Positions 1 to 12,250 of a stretch of DNA of 64,000 nt are shown in pieces. The notes beneath the pieces are model-generated. The model was not told where the DNA came from. It made no database searches and saw only the letters and a list, made by a program, of their open reading frames with translations. This stretch comes from Trichoplax adhaerens (taxonomy: Eukaryota; Animalia; Placozoa): positions 1,362,280 to 1,426,279 of the forward strand of contig NW_002060956.1 of assembly GCF_000150275.1 (NCBI RefSeq), read 5' to 3'. The position numbers were made by a program, and so were the translations under genes. Positions within the stretch are counted from its first letter, which is position 1. Each line of letters opens with the position of its first letter.

Positions 1-1484
1 GACCGATCCAATGCCCAATATATCATTTGTAAGCAATAGTTCTATACTGTCTTATTATGATAGCCTGCTGTAATGACAAATTACATTCGGTCACTACAGC
101 ACTGCTATGCATTACAGTATTAATTTTAAGCTGTAGCTTTTTCAAAATAACAATTATTAGGTATTATTTTTAGTTCATTTTAAGAGATATTATAATGATT
201 GATGATCGTTAACATAGGATCTTTTAGTAAGAAAATGGCATCAATCTTATACAATGATATATAATAGTTGTGTTACAGCTACGGTTGAGTCAGTATTGAT
301 ATTTATTGTTTATAGCGCTTGAACCTTTTTCGTAGATTATTAACTATCCAGCAATAATCTTCTAAAATGATCTAGTTCTATTACTACTATGGTTGAATGT
401 ATTGATGCAGAATGCTGTTTACTATCAAAAGCCATTTCACTTTTCTCGTTGATAATTCATTTCACTACCATGATAACTTTACCCTTAGCTCTGTAGGCGA
501 TATGTATGTTATGTATATATATATATATATGTAAACAATTGGACATTGATAATGCAATTAGGTACCGTAGAATAGGATCGTTTGCAATGTCAAGTTGTAG
601 CAGAAATTACAGTTTCATCTCTACCAGCTAATCGTATATTTCTTAAATCTGGATAGCGTTGCAGCTAAACTGATGACTACTGGATATTCTTCTTTTCTAT
701 CTTATCATGCTTACATTGACTTCTACAGACAGCATGTGTAGTTTTGGCAAAAAGACAGCTAAGTTAGTACAAGTTATCCAAATATGGAGAGTAAGATTCG
801 TCAAAATTGATGAATATCGATCGACTCATCTGTCGACACCAACAGTAGCGTATCCATCTATCGTGTATCGATGATGATGATATATTATGCACTAGGTTAG
901 GCATCAAGCGGAAAGAACAAATTACTATCCAGTTCTTGATGTAACGACTGACATCAAAAGCAACACCTTACCTTTGTTTCATCGATCGTGTTGTCAGTGT
1001 CGGGCTGAGCCATTTGATCGACAACCATATGCATAGTAAAGAACATGACAAGAAAAACTCCTGCACTAAATAACAAGATTCTCCGTTTCATGATGGACTT
1101 GATAATGTACAGCTAATGGACAAATTGAATACGCGTCTGAGATGATCGGTGCAGTTGATGAGGAAATTCAGAAAAGGACTGTCCTTGAAGAGTGGACTTT
1201 TCCTCCTATCCTTCAATAACGATCTAATTCAAGATAGGTAGAGAAGTAAATACCAATGGACTAAGCTAGGCGAACTACACTAAGGATTACATGGAATAGA
1301 GTCTGCTAATAAAGTCAAAAAACTCGTCCAATGCATTCAAATTCCACCATCTACCCCACTGCTACCAAGGCGATTATCGCAAGGTCAATACGCGAATCGT
1401 GGAAGAAAGCAACCTCAGCCCTCAGGTAGGAGGCAGAAGTTGGTAGGTGGTGGGCTGATGTCAGCAGCCGTAAAATATCCAGCC

Positions 1485-1790
1485 CGTGTACAGTCTGGTC
1501 CGGTACGGTTCGGTACAGTACAGTATACAGTACAGTACCGTACTGTACTGTACAGTACAGTACACTCCGTACAGTGATATGTTACAAAAGAACAGGACTG
1601 CACTGTACACTGTAAAAATTAGAGGCAAAACTGCAAAGAGCAGACTCAGTTCGATCACTCGTTGACACTGCCTCGATATGGAGACACTCGGTGCGCCAGT
1701 CACCTTGCTTACAGGACAATAGAAAGTCAGTAACGGTGTCTAGTTTCTGACCAGTACTGTACCGTACCGTATCGTACCGTACCGTATTGT
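1485..1790. repeat. Low-complexity cluster of TACAG/GTAC/TACCG motifs
   Basis: Runs such as gtacagtacagtatacagtacagtaccgtactgtactgtacagtacagtac (~1513-1565) and tactgtaccgtaccgtatcgtaccgtaccgta (~1755-1787). Confidence 0.8.
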
Positions 1791-3711
1791 CATGGTCACA
1801 TCACCACTTTTGGATGGTCTGGATATTTTGGGTGGCTTGCGTGTGCGTCATTCGTGCACTTACTATACTAAATTAATTAATTTAAGAACTCTATAGACTG
1901 TATAGTACGGTGGCTCATTAAGCTGGATTTCAATCGAAATTAATGTGGCTTAATGGAAGCATCAACAGCTTGGAGAAGACTTCCATAAATCTACAAAGCA
2001 ATGTGAACAAAGTATTGCAGTAATTGCGATCAATCCTAAATGACCTAGTGTAGAATACAGTGTACAAAGACATGAATAACCCCAAAATTGACGGTCTCTA
2101 ATGTACAATACATAGACTACGACTAGAGCTGTAAAAAACGAGAATCGTTTGCTCGAAGAGATTCCACTCTACGCACTGACAGTATTAATGGGTCAACGAG
2201 TTCGTACTCGCTCTTTGAACTTTTTTCAAATAGAGAGGATGGATAATTTCTTCTTTACAACAAAAAAAAAGAATCAGCAAGCAACTTCTCTTGCACAAGC
2301 TACTTAATAGAAGATAGCATTTCGTAACTGATCGCAGATTCGCTCTACTGTACAGCTATCTAATATGAAGTATACTGTAGCAGTGTATGCTTTCACTTCA
2401 CAGGCCCGCAGACCATGAAACAGGATCGTCATGGACTAGTGGACTACGGGGGAAAAACGTCATTTTTCTCTTGTCCATAACTTCATAGCTATACGTACAA
2501 TCGAACAGCTTCCAGTATCAGCAGAGGATAGAAATTTGACTCTTGAAAACTACTGTTAATTAAATGATTAGTCTAAGCCATGCTTGTTTACAAAGTAGAA
2601 TACGATACTTGTATTTCAGTTCAATAAGACTGTACTGTACGATACTGAGCTACATGAGGGATTTTTCAAGTACACCGATACTACTTGCATACGCCAGTAG
2701 ACAGCATAAATGGAAATATATTTCAGTTTTATATGCGTATGTCCGGTAGGTAACACTGTTGAAGGTTCACTTTGACAGTGTATCGGGACTACTAGATATA
2801 CCATCGAATGCATCTAGTAGTCCATGGTGATATACGCCTCTGTGTAGCCTTCACAATGAGAGACTTTCCTATAGACTTTGTACTTGTAGTGCCGCGCCAT
2901 TTTGAAAATTCCTTCAGTATGAACTCGTTAAGTAATACTCTAATTATAAATACTTCAGTGAAGTAAGCGAGATCTTACAGTACTGCATAGGTTTCTACGC
3001 ATCTGTCTATCACAGTCGAGGCCAAAAATTAATTGGACATGACATCATTCTATGCGTTTTACAGACCCAATGACTACTATGCATGTAGTGGGTTACAAGA
3101 TATTCAAAAATGAACAAAACATACTAGCAAATTACCACTACCAAAATGAATAAGCATTGGATAAACTGTAAAAGCAAGAAAGCGTTTAGCAATTGAAAAT
3201 CACCGCCATCGACAACTACGGTATTTGATGGACTACAGCAATGTAATTGAAACTCTCATGCTGTCTAGATATCATACGTAATCTGGCCTACTCTATTCCA
3301 TCTTACCAAGTACTACATCCAATAGGAAAATTGTGATATTGACAATGATTTACTATAATCATCACATAAGCATACACTGTACAATAGTATACATACATAC
3401 CTTCAATAATTTCTGAAATTATTGTAACACACGCAATGATGAATATGAAATATAAATTTCTTACGCGTATACTTAAACAGTTACGCAACAAGAATAATTT
3501 TAACCACACGTATTGCGTGAATATTAGGTATAGGATGCATAACAGAAGTGATAAATAGCAATTAAATTGAGACAGAGGAAAGACAAAATTTCATAGCCTT
3601 TGTTTTAAGATCATTTAAGTTCAAATTCATCGAATTTTTCATTTGATTGTTTATCAAGGCATCATTGATCAAAGGAAATTAATTACATTATTATACTACT
3701 AGATCGGTAAA

Positions 3712-6700
3712 TCATAACTGGGATTCATAACATTTTTGTTCACCATTAGGAACTCGAGTTCTATATAAAATAGAATCAACTCGAAATTGCGAAAATATCA
3801 GAGGCATATAACCGTAAATTTGTGCGAAATAGTTTACACAAGAGTTTCGTTTCTTAAAATGATTGACATCTCGGGTCAAGGTGGTTTCACAAGTTGGGCA
3901 GTTAAAATTCCAACGAGAAGTTACCTATTGATGCAAAATAAAAATGATCAATATAATCTCGAGTAGAATCACTCCAGAAGCTTTCTATGATTCTCATCAA
4001 AACGGTATATTTCTTCTCTAAATAAAATACTCGGCACACTATATCGGGAAAGAATACTATTCCAAATACCTCTATACCAATCAAATTGATCTGCGTCTAG
4101 TATACGCATCATTGCGTTATGTTACCTTAATTGGAGGTTTGCCCGTGATGTGAGAAATTAAAAAATTCATAGCTATGTCTTCACAATTCATAATTTCATC
4201 TACTCTCCTTCGAATACCTTCTGGCATTGTGAACGTATACAGGAACAGGTAATACTAGTTTCATAGAAATTATATTTTCCATTTTTACAAACATTGTACA
4301 GGAAGTATAGGTAAGAGAAGATTGAGATTAACTAGTTTGTTTATAAATTTGTTTATGTCCTCTAACCTTATGTATAAAGGCAGCACCAGTCAACACCATA
4401 GATAATTGGCAAGTTTTATTAGAATCATAAGACCATCTATTAGTTAGCTTACTCCAGGTGTGATGTCTAGCCGGAAAGCCGACAATTCTATCTCTTGACT
4501 CTCGCCATACACTTTCAAATAGAAACAGTTTATTAGAGATAGTAAAAACTCTACTAAAATCGTAAATAAATACAATTAGTAAGGAAATACAGTAGTTTGG
4601 ACACCTTTCTCATGTATTACAATTATCAAAGGGAATACAATTCTTATTTTAATATCTTATTCGTCTACAATTCTAACCGAAATGCAAAGTCAATTTCATC
4701 TGCATTGAGATCGACATCATCATCTAGTGACAGGACAGCTTCCGTTTCAACAGCATTAAATGGAAAAAATCGATCATTTAAGCTATTTCTCTTGGATTTG
4801 AAGACCTAAATTAGGAAGGTAATTGCAGCAAGAACAAATCATACCAATAGTAAGTAAGTCATATAGTTTACTTTAACGATACAGGTATTAAGCATAGCTT
4901 TGAGATAAATGCTATGGGCTATACAATTTACGTCCAAAAGCAAGTACGTATACTACAGAAGCATATACTATAACATGGTAGCATCATAGACTAATAAAAG
5001 ACTAGTATACATGCTGCAAAAATACGTATACATAAGTTGGTAAATCGTATGACGTCTACTATTATTCGCATAACGCTAACACGTAATTTTATTTACTTAC
5101 GTAGATAGGTATATCTGAATGAGGCCACTGAAAATGCTTGGCATATTTATTGTATTCATTCCACACTACAATAATCTTGTTAAGATACAGTAAACGGCTC
5201 AAATTGATCAAACGTTGGCGTAAAATATTGGGTCGATTATGAGTTAATATAATAATTGTAAATTGCTCTAATGGGTAATTTCCTCCCAAGTGCTTACTAA
5301 ACATTTTTCCAGTTGCGGTTCCACCATTATTGATGGGTTGAAAGCCTTTCCCAAATCCGTTAAATTGCGAGTCGGTCGGTAGAAAGCTATTATCAGCTGT
5401 GAAAGGGTAAAGCCAATAAGGCCCAGGAGCTTTATTCCATGCGTTATAAAAGTTAGTAGAATAATTTCTCGTATAACTAGTTGAAGGAATTGATGGCATA
5501 GACTTGTCGATATTGATCACATTGTTTAAAGAATATTTACTATTAGAGAATTGGTCTTGGATAAATGTATCAACAGGATAGGCAGGTAGATGCAATCTTG
5601 TCCGCAACAATGCTAGAGTTGCATGTAAAACATTCTCACTGTTACTGAAATACGTATGATAAATAAATTGACAATGTGATCGTTTTTTTAGGATGTCCGA
5701 GTTGGAAATGGCCATTAATACTGCAGTCATTTCTGGAAGCCGAGTTAAAGGTAGCATTATCCCCGCTAAATTCCAGTCGATGTATTCAGCAAAGGGTAAC
5801 ATTTGAACTAGTGTCATCTTAATTGAGTGATCGGTAATAAAAATTGGAATAGTGCCCGACGCTAGCGCATGCATTAAACGAGTTAGGGTACTAATGCAAG
5901 GACCATTATGTAGTATAATTAGGCTAAAGGTAGACTCTCTTAATTGCTTATCAACATTACCAGAGCATAAACTCCATTCAAATTTATGATAATATAATTT
6001 GTTCACTTTTTTACATTGGGTCTGAATATCCACTTTATTACCCATCACTTTAGCAATATTGGATATATTACTTAATTGAGATCGCAAAAGTAGATTAATT
6101 GAATTATTAGCAATGATCTGTCCTCGAAAATGTAATAAATACTGCCGTTGTTTACTGATGGTAAATGGACGACGTGGTCCTGAATCGATCAATTTGCCAT
6201 GATATTGTGGAAAGAGTTGCATGGGAGGGATTATGATATCGAAATTCATTCTAGGTACAAAGTTGGCAAAATTTGACCCGGCTAGCATAGCATATCCAGT
6301 GTTTATTGATAGTAATTTTTGTATAGTCCACCCGATATCGACTAGTAAGTGATTTCTCCCATATCGATGCCAATAAGGCAATGAGTGTAAATAACCTTCT
6401 AAATCACGACGAGTCGCAGCTGTCGAGTTAACAATAACAACGTATACGCAGGCAGCAGTTGCATTACGCGTCAGGAAAGGAATGGATTGAAAACTTTGGT
6501 TGGCTAGAACTGAATTAACATGATAACGAGATGGATAAATATAAGCATTGAATATTTTTGTCAACGGGCAACGATCATAATGGAAACATCGTTGTAAATT
6601 GCAGTCGCGTAATACTTTGGTTGCATCCGATTTCCATGTTAAATCAATTTTAATAGGCTTGCAAGGTAATAATTGTAGCTTGTTGTTATACGATGGCCGG

Positions 6701-7179
6701 TCTAGATTGGTGAGTAATTCATTCAATAACGATATTTGAGATCGTTGATGTTGAATAGTTTTCTTCAAGACATCACCATCTTTTTTGCATTGGCAACGTT
6801 TATCACGACCATTTACATTATTGGTATTAGGTCGTGCAAGTTTGAGTAATTTCAATTCGGCAACATCACGATCCAACTGGAACCTTGTTGAGCTTAGTAC
6901 TTTAATTTCGTTTTGTATTGCTACTTTGATCGAGCGCAATCGTTTAACACGTGCTTCTAAGCGCAAACAACAATCTATATTTTGTTGGCATTTATCCGCT
7001 TGAAAATGATGTTGGCAAGGAGTGCAGTTGTTATTCCTGTATAGGCTGATAATCAACGATATGGATAATAAAGCAATTAGCACCAGCAAGTAAAAGACTC
7101 TTCCTCTTTTAAACGAATGAGCACATGTCTTGCCGACACGACAGGTCAGTAATGACCCAGAATAGCCTGATCGTGTCAT
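3712..7179 (-). CDS. EXTL3: Exostosin-like 3 glycosyltransferase (heparan sulfate GlcNAc transferase), 5 coding exons, ~897 aa
   Basis: Exons 7179-5101, 4805-4678, 4511-4367, 4254-4126 and 3924-3712, all GT-AG and in phase. Encodes an N-terminal type II membrane anchor, a coiled coil and an exostosin (GT47-like) region. The GT64 domain has [51 protein letters not shown] and [10 protein letters not shown], then an EXTL3-type C-terminus [18 protein letters not shown]. Confidence 0.95.
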
Positions 7180-7984
7180 TCGTTTGATTGGATTGGTAAT
7201 TGATTAATAATATCGGTAATAATTGAAGTCCAAGTTGGGTAAAAACGAAGAGTCTTTGCAAAGGATATCACTGGCCAAAGTCATTCTACACAGGTATTGC
7301 AGAGATTGATAAGTTGGGCAAGCTGAGAGATCCTGGATAATTCATGAATCCCTGTAAGATTGGAGTATGCACAGTACATCAACATTCAATTTTGTATCTT
7401 CGATCAATTCAGCATAAAAGAAAGACATGAAATTGTAGTCGCTAGCAATATCCTTGACATTCGATTCAAGTGAACCACAATAGAGTCTATTCAAGATCTA
7501 TACCTAATACCATTTACTCTTATCTGGAAGAATATATCCTGTGGACGATAGTATCATTGCTTATCTATCTGACAGCCCATCTCTAAATAAATACACGAAG
7601 GTATACTATGAAATTGATGCACATCAAAGTAATCGGTGACCTTTACTATTCCGTTGGACTTGAGAATTACAATATTGTTGAGCGATGGTTGATTGAATTG
7701 CTATTCGCTGTCACTTTTATTTTTCTTCTCGCTTTTTAAATGGTTGAAATCTCGCGGTCAGTCCGATATTGATCAACTATGTCTATCTTTGTATCTCCTA
7801 TCCGATTGGAATATCCAAGGCCATGATGGAGATTAGTGACAGAATTATTTATTTATTAATTAATTAATAAAAATTCAAGCTACTGCCAGAACAAAACAGC
7901 CGAAATACAGTACATTAAATCGCTTTCAGTATACCGTGCTGTACTCAGTGGAAAGCACTGTAGGGTAGAAGAACACTATAGGAG

Positions 7985-8200
7985 AGTACAGTACCTACTG
8001 AATGATATGTACTGTACTGTACACTGTACACTGTACACTACAGTACTCAGTGTACAGTACTCAGTGTACAGTACTCAGTGTACAGTACTCAGTGTACAGT
8101 ACTCAGTGTACAGTACTCACTGTACTGTACAGTACTGTACACTATCAGAGAGTGGGTGGTCCAAGCCTGTACACTGTACAGTACAGTATACAGTAGCAGC
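7985..8200. repeat. 14-bp minisatellite (CAGTACTCAGTGTA)x5 within a TACAG/ACTGTAC-rich tract
   Basis: Five perfect copies at 8041-8110 plus a partial copy, flanked by actgtac/tacagta runs. Lies 5' of EXTL3. Confidence 0.9.
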
Positions 8201-8799
8201 AAGTTTTACTATGTTCTGTAGCAAATCCATAAGTTTATGTAGATATAATGATTCAGTGTTATTCAAAATTTACTTTTACTAACTAATATAGAATCTTCAG
8301 CTCATTAGCTACATGCTGGCATAAAATCAATACAGTTTTGATATTGATAATAGCATTTAAATAGAATTCTTAAATTCTAAAGCGAACGTAAACATGCTGT
8401 ACTGTACTGTAACAGTATCTGTACAGTCTACTGTATCAAGCCTCCATGGAGAAAACGACTGCGGCTTCTTTGTATCTTTTTCCTTTCAAGGATCGGCTTG
8501 CTAGATAGAGACCGCGACAAAAAGATACAAGAGAATGCCGACTTTCTTTGTTTCCACTACAGTAGAATGCCTGTGAATCAAACTAGTAAGGAAACATGCT
8601 CAATCGGGGATTATTAAAAGTAGAGAGTCTGCATTTCTTGATCAAAGATAAACTGGCAAAGGGAAGATTTTCCACGACAACAACAAGTGACTAACATGTT
8701 TTTCATCATATTCACCTACTGATCAACTTGACACAAATCTCTTGCCCTAAAATGACCGGACAACGATCGAAGTGGAGAAAGCGCTTGTATCAAGTCTAA

Positions 8800-11700
8800 A
8801 TTGTGCCCCCCCCCCCCAAAAAATGATTACCTACAGTACTGTTTTAAACAACTGCAAAATACACATAAACAATAATGATTATGTAATCATGTCAAGCAGG
8901 AAAATGAAGGCCCGCATCCATCGGTTAAGGAAATTCTCATATCAGTTAAATTGACCGAAAAAAAGTCATTGCGCACTATTGTATAAAACTGCAAAATTCA
9001 CCCTTGAAAATCCTCTAGACGTAGAACACACAATAATAATAATTAATAATAATAATAGCAATAATAATAATAATGGAATAATGGCGGTAAAATAAAGCTT
9101 CGCAGGGATTGTAAAGGAAATTCTCACACAATCTACTGTAAATTATCCCTCCCAAAAAAGTTGTTGCGTACTAATTTACAGGGATTGTGAAGGAAATTCT
9201 CACATTAGTCCAAATTATCCATAAAAATGTTATTGCGTACTAGCTTACAGAACTGTAAAATTTGCCTTGAAATCTTCTAGACGTCAAGTATACCACAAAA
9301 TATGAATAATAATGCAATAATAATAACAGTAAAACGAAGCCACGCAAAAGCTTAGTAAGGAAATTCTCAATTCAGTCAAAAAAAAAAATATTATTATGCA
9401 CTACTGTAGTTTACAGAACTGCCAAATTTACCTTGAAATCTTCTAGACATCAAATATACCACAAAATATAAATAATAATGCAATAATAATAACAGTAAAA
9501 CGAAGCCACGCAAAGGTTTAGTAAGGAAATTCTCAATTCAGTCAAAAAAATAATATTATTATGCACTACTGTAGTTTACAGAACTGCCAAATTTACCTTG
9601 AAATCTTCTAGACGTCAAGTATATCACAAAATATGAATAATAATGCAATAATAATAACAGCAAAACGAAGCCACGCAAAGGTTTAGTAAGGAAATTCTCA
9701 ATTCAGTCAAAAAAATAATATTACTATGCTCTACTGTAGTTTACAGAACTACCAAATTTACCTTGAAATCTTCTAGACGTCAAGTATACCACAAAATAAG
9801 AATAATAATGCAATAATAATAACAGTAAAACAAAGCCACGCAAAGGCTTAGTAAGGAAATTCTCAATTCAGTCAAAAAAAATAATATTATTTTGCACTAC
9901 TGTAGTTTATAGACCTGCAAAATTCATCCTTGAAAATCCCCTAGACTTCTACTATCCAATAAGAATAATGTAGTACTGTAATAATGGTAAATTGGCATTT
10001 CACACGGATTATTAGAGGAAATTCTCCCATCAGTCCAAATCGTCAAACAAATGATTGTGTGTTGGATAGTTAATATATCACAGAAATGCACAGGTTAGCA
10101 TTAAATCTCAAGATGTAAATCATACTATACACGTATTAACCATAATGTGACGTTAATACGTAGAGCTGTGCTTTGCATGGTTTGCTAAAGGAAATTCTGG
10201 CATCAAATTATCAAAGAGTTATGCGTTATTCTACAGATAGACAGAATTTAGCCTTAAAAACCCTCTAAACGTACATCGCACAACAAGAATAGTATAGCAA
10301 AGAGTAAATCGGATCAATTCTAATGATGTTGTGAAGCTCTGCAATACTGGAGGTTCTATTCAGGAAGCTCTTAAAGGTGTAACAAGTACAAACTGTCAAA
10401 AATTGCTGTATGTTACTTAATAGAATATATAGAATTCACTATTGACAACCCTCCGGACGTATACAACACAAACCGAATAATAGAGTATTAATAAAATTAA
10501 TTAATTATTAGTAATATTGTACTCTACATATTCTTGTGAAAGGAAATTAAATCAAATTGTTCTATGCTGCTCTATGGATATGCAGAATTCAATGTTGAAA
10601 ATCATCTAGACGTACGCGTATACGGTACATGACGAATACTATGGGTATAGCAGTAAGTAAGTAATATTGTGCTCTACATATTTTAAGGACATGCAAAATT
10701 CAATGTTGAAAATTGTTTGAACGAGTACGGCATAAGAAGAATAATAGAGCATTCATAATTAATTATAAGTAATATTGTGCTCTATATATTCTAAGGACAT
10801 GCAAAATTCAATGTTGAAAATTGTTTGAAGGTGTACGGCATAAGAAGAAGAATAGAGCATTCATGATTAATTATAAGTAATATTGTGTTCTACATATTCT
10901 TGTTGAAGGAAATTATATCAACTCCAAGTTGTTAAATAGCTCTATGTTACTCTAACAACATAAAAATTCAGCCTTGAAATCCTGTAAACGCACATTATAC
11001 AATAGAAATAATATAGCAATCTTAGTAAGTTGAATCAATTCTAATAGTACTGAGGAGATCTGTATGCTGTATTCATGAAATTCTTATAGCGTATCAGGTC
11101 CAAACTATTAAAAAAGTAGTTATGAGTTTATTTATAGAAAATACAGAATTTAACCTTAAAATCTTTTTGATGTCAACTACGTGATATGAATAATCAGTCT
11201 AGTCATAGCCAATGGGATATATTTTTTTCTACTATCAGAAGTGAGATTTCACATAACTCTACTGTCAAGCTCTGCAGCATACCATGCGAAGAAAGTTCTT
11301 GTATCAGGTACAAATTATCAAAATATTGTCGTCTGCTATTATAATATCATAATAAAGCTGTATTGATGAGTCAGTCCTTGCAAAAAAAACAATAAAATTC
11401 ACCCTTAGAAATCCTTATATACACGTAATATGAATAATATTATACGGTAGTAAGAATTAAAAGAAATTGAATAAATTCTCACGATACTGTAAAGCTTTGT
11501 GTATTTTCGTATTGGCAGAAAATTAATATTAATCATAATACCATTATAATGGAAAAATAATATAGTTATTGAAAGATAGCAAACATTAAATGGGTGATCA
11601 GACCATAATCCACTCTTTTCCTAGGCTATTTTGTAGAGATGCATTCTTCAGCCTTTGATATACACTGAGGTCTACTGCATTTTGGCGAAACGATGACCTA

Positions 11701-12250
11701 TAACCCAACCCGTACAGAAGCAACACCACTTACACAACATGGTTGGTACGGTAATAACTATAGTAAATTGAACAAATGAGAAAGGGTCTATAAATTTTGT
11801 ATGGCTTTCTTATTGGTAGAAAAAAATAAAAAGAAAATGGTCAGTCTACGAGAATTAACGTAATAATAGAGAAACAATATAGTAAATGAAAGATTAAATT
11901 CAACATAATTAATATATATATATTGTATATATGATGACTAGATCAAAGTCCACTCTTCAGCTAGATTGTTTTACAGAAATATATGATTCAGCCTTGAAAA
12001 TTCTCTAAAAGTGCAATATACAATATGAATAATGTAATATTAAGTAGATTAATAATAGATGATGACAGTACGATAAAAAAATCTGCATATTTCTTATTGA
12101 CAGAAGAAATTGCTGAATATGCAATACTAGATATTGCTTTAACCTTAATGAAGTTAGTAATCCTGTACATGCAGAAATATAAATTTAGCCTTGAACTATC
12201 CAAAAGAAATTTAATAAATCATATTAATAATAATTCTATGGAGTTCGGCT
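8800..12250. repeat. ~165-bp tandem array with a homogeneous core (9240-9950) and progressively degenerate flanking copies
   Basis: Anchor ttctagac at 9275, 9441, 9606 and 9771 (165-166 bp period). Degenerate aaatt..ccttgaaa..ctagac and aaggaaattct motifs recur near 9001, 9930, 10251, 10591, 10971, 11151, 11991 and 12189. Confidence 0.85.

Noticed and set aside
1415-1703. Short ORFs rich in C/T/V/Y (also 8002-8282)
   Set aside because: They are translations of the TACAG/ACTGT low-complexity repeats, with no protein-like features.
2430-2830. Possible MITE bounded by catggacta...tagtccatg inverted repeats
   Set aside because: Only ~9 bp of inverted match, no clear target-site duplication and no second copy in the window.
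9240-9950. CRISPR-like appearance of the regular repeats (also 47205-47910 and 52610-53460)
   Set aside because: Whole units are repeated with no unique spacers, there are no cas genes, and the context is eukaryotic.
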